This document shows, piece after piece, positions 1-10,660 of a DNA stretch of 64,000 bases. Under the pieces are notes generated by a model. The model was not told the DNA's origin and did no database searches. It was given only the letters and a program-made list of their open reading frames with translations. The stretch covers positions 4,836,001 through 4,900,000 of the forward strand of contig CM022672.1 of assembly GCA_012295275.1 (NCBI GenBank), read 5' to 3'. This DNA comes from Chrysomallon squamiferum (lineage: Eukaryota > Animalia > Mollusca). Each line of letters begins with the position of its first letter. Position 1 is the first letter of the stretch. Position numbers and translations under genes: made by a program.

Positions 1-262
1 TACACCTTTTCCCACTAAGGCAAATGGGGACTGATCTTTGGGTCCACCCAGGTATTCCATCTCCAAAAACACAGGAGGTTCATCTGTACCCCGGGTAACT
101 GACAGAAAGGCACCCATCTTTTGACTTTCTGCCCATGCTTGGTCTCTGAAATATATAAATATATATATATAATAAATAAAGATCCAGACAAACAAATAAA
201 TAAAATAAATATTATAAAACATGCTGTTGACATATCCTTTTTCAATTAATTTGTTGCTACTC

Positions 263-307
<45 letters not shown>

Positions 308-3300
308 TATTATTGTTTCTGTTTTATGATGTTTTTTAATTTTAAAAAATGATTTATTTGTGCAGAGGCACACATTTTTCACACTTTTGTGTGACTGATG
401 CTTCTAACACATTGTCAAACTTTTCAAAATGTTAATACAACATTGTGATGGGCTTAAACAAGAACAAAAACTGACTCTGTTTTGTAAATTCAACACATTC
501 TGTGAATCTGGATACACATTTGTAAAACTACATGCTCAAATACGTGTAGGTGCTTCTCAGTATTTGAGTGACAACATATATTGTGAAAAGCTATTACAAT
601 TTTCAAACCAATGATACAAAGATAGTTCAACATATCATTATGCACCTGTATACACAATTGTATAAACAGATAAATAAATATGTACACGTGCTTGTTAATG
701 TTTGTATGATAGTATATATTGTGAAATGCTGTTTTAATTTTAACAAATGAATAACTGAACACTTTACATATTACCACATCGTACTTGCCTAATGTTAATG
801 GTGATGTTTTTCAGGGAACCAAGTCTTTCTTTAACTTTGTTTGCAAATATGGTAGGAGTCATATAATTTGCTGGAGTCTCCATCAGTAACCTTGCAAAAT
901 TCTGAGCCTCAGCCTGTATAGATCCCTGCTCCCAGCTTTGCTTGGCATTATCCCTAATAAAATAAACTTATGTCCATTTTTTTTTTGTATATTTAGATAA
1001 AATAAAAATAATAACAACAACAACATAAATGACAACCCTAAGTTGTTGAATAAAGTTGCTAGAAAATGAAGTAATGATGACAGGATATAAAATATGTTTT
1101 AAGAAATGGACATCTAGGTAACTTCTTTGTCTGCTTCATCCTACCATTAATCAGAGAAGAGGACTCTTCCCTGATTTATGGTGATGCCAAAACACTGTCT
1201 GTCTCTCTAGTTATTTTCTTAACACAATAATGAAAAATTGTCAAGGTCTGCTGCTCCTAGGCTAATAAGGAAAATGTTTTGTCCCTGCAAATATATTTTA
1301 TCTAGGAGTTTTATTAACATATAAAACTGAAATGTTTTAGAAAGATAAATATAGCAAAATATCTGTGCCCTAGTAATGGCTTAAGCAAGTTAATATTTTT
1401 CAGTCTAACTACTTTGACATTTTTAACACCTATTAGAGCTACTGTAAATTAAGTTGAATTTGTTAACAATATGTAACACAAATTGTTTGGACCATTGGTT
1501 TTTCCTAGCAATAACCACCCTCTGTGCTTTTTTAAAAAAAAATTTTGTTGTAAACTTTTCAAAATAAATGTTACATATTTATATGTGAATTTATAATACA
1601 CACATGTATAAATGTTAAACAACTACATTTATAGCTATATATTTATATCAATGCAAATATTTTGGTTCTCACAGAAAAAAAGAAAGAGACGAAAAATTTA
1701 AATACACAACTCACACATCTCCTTGCATGTGGTCTGTGTAACAAGAAAGTCTAACTTTTGGCTTCTTTTTGTCTTTTGCCTTCAACTCATCATAAACAAA
1801 CAAAGCCAGATTACTACCTTCAGCAGCAGCTGAAAAAAAAAAAAGAATTAAAAAAATTTGTTTTTTATTAGTATCAATAACAGCAATAATGTCATAACTA
1901 CAAATTATTAACTAATACAAATACAAATAATAATCAGTACAGGTAATATTAACAACAACATCAACAATTGACAGGTAATAAACATTATGATCATAATAAT
2001 AAAACAGAATGTGTCAATCTTACTACTTGTATCACTGAACAAATAATGAAATAGTCAAATGAAGATAATGTTTTTTAATTTGTTTTTTTTTCAAACTGAC
2101 CCTCTGGATCTCCACAAGGATCCACTGCTACATCAAGTTCCTGCAGTTCTTGCATAGTTTTTACACCACCTGCAAAATAAAAACTATAGCTACACTACGT
2201 TTCTCTTGTAATAAAGAAATAGAAACAGTAGTGACAGTATGGTGTTTTAATAAACAAAATCAAAACAACAGTAACAGTACATTGTTGTTGCAATAAAAAC
2301 AAATCAAAGTCATGAAAGTGTTAATTTTAGTTTTCAGCATTTGTTCTACTGCAAAACAAGTTTTATTTTTAAAAAAAACATTCCCCAAACCTTTATTAAC
2401 ATCAATAATACCAATACTGTTATAAATAAAAAGATTAACTGATACAGTGCATAATACAGAATAATTATAACTGATAGGAGAACCTGCTCAAAATTTAGCC
2501 AGATAAATAAACAGATTTAATATTTTTGAGTTTCTAACCGGCAACGGCTGATCTGACATTTTCACGATTCTCATCGACCTCTTCTAACTCATTGTAACCT
2601 TGACCTTGCTTGCCAATGCAGCAGACAGCAATTGTGGAAAACTCGCTGTCAACACCATGAAACACCCTTGTTTTCCCAGCCTTCAGTTTTTTGCCAGCTC
2701 TGAAGTATCAAGAAAGTCAATCAAACTGTTGAGCTTATTTCAGGCATGATGGGCTATGGCAGTGATTCTAATTCTGAATACTAATGTCAGCCTTGTGAAA
2801 AGGGTAACCCAAGGTGATAGCAAAAGCTACATATTTATTTATACATGCTAATAACTATACCAAATAATTGTTAGTATTCCTATCATAGCATAATATTTAA
2901 CCTAAGAACCCTAATCTTAAAAACTATTTGAAAATGAACACTGAAAAATAAAATGTTTGAAACCGTTTGGTTACAGGATTAATAATTTCTTTTCTGATCT
3001 GGTTTATCAAAACACTGCAGTAGATACATAAAGCTGCAGTAGATACATAAAGCTGCAGTAGATACATAAAGCTTCAGAATCGTGGAATATGTTTTCCTTA
3101 TGTAAGGCCTTGGGTGTATAAATAGCTGAAACATTACAGCAGATATATTAAACTTCTGAAATACAGAACATGTTTTAATAATTACTCAAGGAGCTTTTGA
3201 AAGATAATTTATTGCTTCTAAACAGAATGAGACATAACAAGAGAAAGAGACAAAGCCAGAAAGGCTTCACAAATTAATGTTTTATAAACAACTCAAGCTG

Positions 3301-3747
3301 AAAGTTTTAGGAGCATTTCAAAGTGTTTGGTCCATTACTATACATGTATCTAAAACACTTACATTTTAATTAAAATTTCAAATATCTGTCATTAACAGAC
3401 AATGAATTGTAAATTTAAAACAATAATTGTGAATGAATTTACACATTGGCAAAAACATTTAAGAAAATTTCTCTGTGGTATGTGACTCACATAGCCAGTA
3501 ATTGATCCAGTTTACCACCATTTCGGCTGTTTATATTCTGTGCTGCAGGAGATAACACTGGAGAATCATCTTCTGTTGGTGGCTCGTAAACACCTAACAC
3601 CAGACCTTTTGACTAAAACAGGAAAATTTTAAATTTTTGAACACAATAATTTGTTTTTTTTCATTGAAACAATTTATATATATACATTTTTTTTTTTTCA
3701 GCAATGAAATTCATATAATAAATATTTTTTAAATTGAATATAATAAA

Positions 3748-3778
<31 letters not shown>

Positions 3779-4370
3779 TATTGGTACCAAAATTTACCAC
3801 AGATGCCTGAACGTTCGCTAAATTAAAGATGTTAATTTATATGTCAAGTGTAATTTTCTTGTAAGTTAAATAAACTGACTTAGTGCTTAAAAGCCTTAAT
3901 AATTAATTCAGTTAATGCATAATGCAGTAGTGGTAATTATCATTAATATACCCATAATACCAGCAATTAAAATAATGACATAAAAAAACTTAGGTGAGAG
4001 TGTAATAATTATCATAGATTAAATCATTAATAATTACTTGCTGTGAATATAAATTATAATGCTAATAAAAATGAATTTAAAGGTAGAATTATGTAAACGA
4101 CTCAAAGAAGGAGAGACTTGATCACTGATTCAGTATATCAATGCAGTGCTTTTCTCACTCGCGAATGAACAGTGAAGAGAGTGATGTCACCCATCAACAT
4201 CGTATCGGATAAAACCATTATGTCATAGTTTAAATAATCTAAAATATGATTTCAGTCACCATCACCTTGCAGTATGTTGTTGAAAACATTCGACAGTTCG
4301 GTACAAAGCGACTCCATCTCTTTGCAGTACAACCTCTGCAAAACATCAAGGATTTCATGGTGGCTGCCAT
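1..4370 (-). CDS. LAP3: Cytosol/mitochondrial leucine aminopeptidase (peptidase M17, LAP3-like), 5' portion; gene continues beyond the left edge of the window
   Basis: Exons (minus): 4370-4266, 3612-3491, 2699-2539, 2169-2101, 1829-1715, 953-789, 145-<1, all phase-compatible. Translation: MAATMKSLMFCRGCTAKRWSRFVPNCRMFSTTYCK|SKGLVLGVYE...GKLDQLLAI|AGKKLKAGKTRVFHG...ENVRSAVAG|GVKTMQELQELDVAVDPCGDPEA|AAEGSNLALFVYDELK...|...AQNFARLLMETPANYMTPTIFA...NIR|DQAWAESQKMGAFLSVTRGTDEPPVFLEMEYLGGPKDQSPFALVGKGV. This is colinear with vertebrate LAP3 as recalled (TKGLVLG, LKAGKTR, VDPCGD, LMETPANEMTPT, MGSFLSVAKGSDEPPVFLE, VGKGITFD). The ORF track misses it. Confidence 0.95.
3015..3074. repeat. 19-bp tandem repeat (CTGCAGTAGATACATAAAG) x3 in LAP3 intron 2
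   Basis: Three consecutive identical units read directly from the sequence. Confidence 0.9.
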
Positions 4371-4937
4371 TGCTAAATGTACGTGGTAAATCCATCGAGT
4401 TAATTTTCAAGACAGGCTTCACCACGTTCGCAACAAAGGTTGGCTTTCGTGTTTCATTTTATATGAAGCATACATAGGCCTAAGCATAATTTTAGAATGA
4501 AGTAAATGCCATCGAAAGTCTGGATAAATAAACAATTTTAAAAGCATAAAAAGCAAGAACGAATAATGAATAGTAGCATATTTATAATTATTATGTAGAT
4601 TTTTTACAAAATAAACACACACTCACATGTAGCCACTCTGGTCGATTGACATTTTAAAGTAAAGTGCAAAACACGAATGTTATGGCAGTTATCTTATTTA
4701 GCAAATATTTCCATTTCACATCAGTTTACCCTGCATTCTTCAGCAAATATGCCTGGCTTAGAATCGACAAACATCCTTTTCAGAGCATGTTTTCTAATCA
4801 AAATGGATTTCCTGCTTTTTATTCACAGGAAATATAAACGTGATACAACCTAGATAACCACTGTTTACTGATGGAATGACTATCGTGGACATCTTCAGAC
4901 ACTAATCCATAAGATCTTTAACTCTCTCTGCATTAAA
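4371..4937. promoter_or_regulatory. Probable compact bidirectional promoter/5'UTR region between LAP3 (-) and the lectin-mucin gene (+)
   Basis: The divergent start codons at 4370 (-) and 4938 (+) are separated by only 567 bp. No TSS evidence is available. Confidence 0.5.
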
Positions 4938-5441
4938 ATGTCATTTGTAATTTTATTTTTTCTTCGAATTTTCCTCTTTACATGTCATTCTGTTATTGCA
5001 GAAGGTAAGATTTTATAAGTAATTCTAAATCGTTTATATCTTTAAAATAAATAAATAAATAATAAACTTATGGATTTATATTCATTTAAATTTTGTTTTC
5101 ATAGTTAAGTTTATTAGTTAATGCTGAAGGTAAAATTGAAAGATGTCTGACATCTGCCTAATGTAATAAATCTTCCGCAGGAAATACCATTTTAAAATTT
5201 CTTCTTCTTTTTAATATGTATTTGTCAGTACGGTATAATAATGAAAACAAAAGAAGAAGGGAAAAAAAATAAAAAAAAAAAAAAATATATATATATAATA
5301 ATAATAATAAAAAGAAAGTAAAAGTCATATTCCAAAGAAATAAAATCCAAAATAATATCAACTTTGTATCAATATTTTAATTTCAACCTCTCTTTTCTTT
5401 TGCATTACAATATTTAACTCTGCGTATGCAACTTTCTTGGC

Positions 5442-5533
<92 letters not shown>

Positions 5534-5708
5534 TCAGGCGTTAAATACTTTTTATATAACTAAAGTCTTCGGAGAATACTCGAGGAATCTAATTCAAACC
5601 AGAGCTGCACGGCAGATTAATACAATATACCAGACTGGTTTTAGGCTTTTTTTGATGAAACTCCAGCTTGTTATTTCATTGTTATTTTTATTTATTTATT
5701 TATATTAC

Positions 5709-5748
<40 letters not shown>

Positions 5749-6505
5749 CAGTGGCCGTATATCTGACGTATGTAACATAAACTACGTATGTCTAAAGGTA
5801 ATAATATCAAAAGGTAAAAAGTATATTGAAAAATTACCGACTCTGTTACGAATGGTGTATGTCATTTATATTAAATTTGTAGATCTTGTCAATGTGGCTC
5901 TCAGTAAGTCGACTTCATACAGTTCCCAAATGGCTCTGTTTTATTCCAAGAGTGCGGTGAATGGTCGATACGAAACGTTTGCTTTCTACTTCATGAGCAT
6001 GGAAGAAGAAAATCCATGGTGGACTGTTGATCTTGCCGGGACTTACAGTATACAGTATATTTACATGGTACTACCAACCAAATCTGCCTACTCTCGTGAG
6101 TACATTCCATGTTTCAGTCACATCCATCTGTTTATCCTATTTTCACAGATTGTCTCGTTTGCTGTGACGCGATAGTACACAAACACAATATTTAGATTTT
6201 TTTCTCTTATTTTTCACTTTTCCGCTTATATACATACAAAACACTGTTTCTGTGACTTTCTATCTTACATCGCTAAACTAAATATTTGTATCATCATAAT
6301 ATTTTGCTACACAATCAAATAACTTGCCAACCGTCAAACTGGTAAGAAAACCATAACTGATGGAAAACATGAATTAAAGATCTGTTAGCGTATAAATCAA
6401 TCATAAATAATTATGACTAGACGTTAACGACTCAAACGACAATGGTAACTATGTTAAACACTGAAACATATCTTGACCGACAGAAATATCTGTAAACGAA
6501 CTAAA

Positions 6506-6549
<44 letters not shown>

Positions 6550-7082
6550 TATAACAGTAATATCATCAGCAATAACAACAACAACAGTAATAATGATGAC
6601 AACAACAACAACACCAACAACAATGATAAGCAAATTCGATGACAAATTTGAGTTTCACTGTTAATATTCAGCTAACGGTTTGAGCAGCTTCACTGTATCG
6701 ACTGGCAACCTTTGCCCGGATCACTTGGATCCTGTTTACAAGATATGCTACATCCAGTCAAACCCGGCCCCACTGGGTTCTAGGTCAAACATCACCTGTA
6801 GCAGCAGCATGTACGCTCAGTTTGTGAAAATACAGCTTGGACACGAGGGTTATCTTGTTCTTTCCGAAGTTGAGGTGTATACACATACTAGTGAGTAATA
6901 ATCTGTTTTTGTCCGACCCATACACGCACACACATATACACACATTCACGCAGGGAATTAGAAAATTACTTTACAGTAATAAGAACTATGTGACAAAATC
7001 GAAAAACAAAACAATAGTAGGACGAAAATGTACAAATGATATTAAAACATATTAAAATATATAACAATAATAATAATAATAA

Positions 7083-7113
<31 letters not shown>

Positions 7114-8401
7114 AAGAAGAATAGTAAACACCGTCCCCAAAACCAAACAAACAAATAACAACAACAACAAAAATACATCAATAACATAAATGAAATAAAA
7201 CTAAATAATTTTTATTTTAGCTATGGTAGATGCTAATGTGCCATGTTCAGAAGATAAATCATCTTCACTGTCAGCAACGTCCGTCCACGTTAGCTCTGTC
7301 ACAGATGTCACCACAGAAGTGACGTCACAGTCGAGTCAGCATACTGATTTATATAGCTATATTACGTCTGAACAATCCAGCACGTATCTTGTAGAAACGA
7401 AACCTGCTACGTCCGAACTTAATTTGAAAGACACGTTCATTATCTCCACCCAGGAACAAATAAGCTCCGATTCAGCTGTCAGTATCCCTACACAAAACCG
7501 AATAAGCTCGGATTCAGCTTTCAGTATCGCTTCACAAAACCGAATAAGTTCAGATGCAACTGAAGTGACTTTATCCCAAACACAGATAAATCCAGATACA
7601 ACAGTCGTGATTTCATCCAAAGGACAAATAAGTTCAGATACAACTGTCGTAATTTCATCCCAAGGACAAACAAGTTCAGTTACAACTGTCATGATTTCAT
7701 CCCAAGATCTAATAAGCTCAGATACAGTTACTGGTTTTGCTTCACTTGCAGAGATGACTAAAGATTCATCTACGATGAAAGGAGCGATGAATGAAACTAA
7801 CAGTCCTCCTGAACCATTAGAATCAACTGACAATGTCCCAGAACCATTTCTGGCAACAGTGGAAGATGTTATACAAACAAAGTTACTTATAGAATCCTCT
7901 TTTGTCGAAAATATTAATTCTGACAGTCCCTACGAATACCCACACGATGACTCGACCGCTCAGTTTGAAACGACACTTTTAAAAAGCGTCGCAAATAACG
8001 TTATAAATGATGTCTCAAACGACGCTCGCGTAGAGCAAGACCTCTTGACTGATCATCTCGTTACTATCACTGAGTACAGTTCCCAAGTTGATCGTGGAAA
8101 TGCTGGGTGCTCTTGTCGTTGCAGACGACCTATGAATGATGCCGCGATGACGGAGATGCAGCAAAATGTTAAGAAGCTTACACTCAACCCGACCAGTCTT
8201 TCACAGCAGAAAAGAAAGAAGATCAGTGTCAAAGACGACAGGATCTCAGCTCAGTCTATTGGCTACGTCGGTGTATGCACACTTGTCCTTGTCTTCGGCC
8301 CTCACGTCATGACTGATGTAATCTCGGTGTTAAGATTTTTGTTGGTGAAATTAAGAGACTCGGTTCACCAGCATAAATCATCGAGAAATTCATCTCGCTA
8401 A
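4938..8401 (+). CDS. Predicted type I membrane protein: signal peptide + F-type lectin (fucolectin/F5-8 type C-like) domain + Ser/Thr-rich mucin-like stalk + C-terminal TM; 559 aa
   Basis: Exons 4938-5004, 5883-6095, 6672-6890, 7221-8401, with GT-AG phase-1 introns and total 1680 nt in frame. Signal peptide MSFVILFFLRIFLFTCHSVIA. FTL-like motifs NVALSK, AVNG, NPWWTVDL, ITC, AQFVKIQL, LVLSEVEVY. C-terminus has CSCRC...SAQSIGYVGVCTLVLVFG. Confidence 0.85.
7455..7735 (+). repeat. Coding 42-bp (14-aa) degenerate tandem repeat, ~7 units, consensus QISSDTTVVISSQG
   Basis: QISSDSAVSIPTQN/RISSDSAFSIASQN/RISSDATEVTLSQT/QINPDTTVVISSKG/QISSDTTVVISSQG/QTSSVTTVMISSQD/LISSDTVT in the stalk exon. Confidence 0.85.
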
Positions 8402-8520
8402 CACACCATATCGAAATAAGACAGTTCATTAATAATATAAATAATAATAAATAACAAAAATAAATAAATAATAAAATGCTTGTAGACGCCGATACATTCT
8501 ATATATGGAATAAGAACATC

Positions 8521-8563
<43 letters not shown>

Positions 8564-9424
8564 GATGAGATGTTATCTCTTGCAATGCTCACCGGAATAA
8601 AATAGCAGTCAGCAAACCGTACATCGAAATAAAGTTTGATTTAATTTATCCGGAGACTTAAGTCACCAACAAATAATATCGACACACGACTGTTTCAACA
8701 GAATTAAAATATTTTGACTAGCAGTTTGCTATTCTTAATCTGGAAATAATGATTTTGACTCACTATAAGGTAGAACTAGCTTTATAAAGGGCGATACACA
8801 AATATGTGGAAAGACGTAAAAGGTCAATAGATTATTATCGATATTACGTTTTTACTTCTTTTTTTTTTTCTTCAAAATTATGCTTAAATGTGATACATCA
8901 CGTTAATATCGATAAGCTTAAGATGTAATGAGTCTTAACCCACCAACACCATGCCATCATTGACTATTCAAGTTTTTAATTTTAAATCTGCAAATTTAGA
9001 CAAAATATGTATAGTTAACTATTTACATTATAAAATGGCGAGTGACCCGAAAAGAACAATCTCTATAGCTGATCTGAATGTTAAGGTATTAAAACTAGTT
9101 TATGTTTCAGATACAGTTATAATTAATGTACATCTAAAACAAAGTACAGAGTTGTTTTGAATAATTATTTGAATAATACACAATGGTGAAGATGATAATA
9201 ATTATAATAATTACGATAAATAAATTAATTAATTAAGAAAAGAGTGAATGAATGAACGAATGAATGAAAAATGTTTTGTAGAGAATTACTGTTGATGTTT
9301 TATGTCAGCTTTTTTGTCTTTATAGTGTTTGTTAGATTCGATGAGATTTCACACGAACAATCACTGATTCCGTGCCCAGTCTCAGACAAATAAACTATTC
9401 AAATACGGGGTTTCGGATTTATGA

Positions 9425-9492
<68 letters not shown>

Positions 9493-9619
9493 ATTAATAG
9501 CAAATTTCATATCTACTGCATTTCATTGGGGAGAGGATTTTGAAATCATTTAGGATTTCAGGTTCTTCACTTATTTCACCCAGTATAATCTCTCTCTTTC
9601 TCTCTGAAAATGTTTACGA

Positions 9620-9748
9620 CGTTTATGACGTCATACAGGGCCGGGGTCTACATACGGGTTTCTTAGTCATAAAGCATTTTGATTGGTCCATTAAAGAACG
9701 CGACCCCAGAAGGCAGACAGAGAGAAGACGTATGACGAAGTTGTAAGT
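9620..9748 (+). promoter_or_regulatory. Candidate promoter and short non-coding first exon
   Basis: Palindromic CRE TGACGTCA (9626-9633), reverse CCAAT (GATTGG 9681-9686), local CpG enrichment and a GTAAGT donor at 9743. The target gene is unknown. Confidence 0.3.
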
Positions 9749-10627
9749 TATAATGGAATTTGTTTCGATTTACAATTAGTCTATTAATTTTTAGTAAATT
9801 GGTTTCCTTCTTGCTAATATTAATTTAAGGTTTAGGTAATCTGTTTTTCTAATTGCCGTTTCTTATTTAATCAGTACGATAGATAATTACAATAAAATAA
9901 TAAATTCGGTTCATAAAGTTAAACAACTACAAGAAACGTGTCGTCTGCGTGGTGTTTTTATATTTTATTAAAGAAACGAAATTCCTGTAATACTTGTATA
10001 GATAAACGATGATTTCACGATAATAATACGATTTGGCTTCATAATTAAGCAGATTCTGAGATTGTAATTTTTTTATAGATTGCCTAGAGAATAAAATCTA
10101 AAACTTAACAGTAGCATGGACCAAAGATTTTTTAAAAATAAAAATAGGAAACTCATTGTTTGCATACATAATAGAGCATGTTTTAGAAGTTGAATGCTTT
10201 TTGTTTTAACGAAAATGAGTGAAAAATGTACTTTTTCACTTTTTTTTTTTTATACGGCCGGTTGACGGACTTTTTAAATTTCTTTAAAAAAATTTATGTT
10301 GTAAAACTGGTATCAAGCATTATAATGAATGTATCAAGGCAATCATTTAAATAACGTGATCAATTTGGTTTTTACATGTAAATATCACCTGTAATGCATT
10401 GAAAAGGTAAATAAATATTATTAAAAAAGAAGAATTATAATGGTTTCAAGTATCGTTTTACAACTAGGTACTCAGAACTGTCGGCTGTATGGAGTTTTAG
10501 CAGAGTAACGTGTCCACATGGTACGTTATGAAAATTGTTATCTTCATATCCACACACCAATGGCTGTGAAAATTATTTTATTTTAATATTATTATTATTT
10601 TTATTTTTGTTGGCGATGTCGTAATAC

Positions 10628-10660
<33 letters not shown>

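Noticed and set aside
3015-3074. Direct repeats as a possible CRISPR-like array
   Set aside because: Contiguous units with no spacers in a eukaryotic intron; a simple minisatellite.
7357-7833. 158-aa minus-strand ORF
   Set aside because: Antisense shadow of the repetitive stalk exon.
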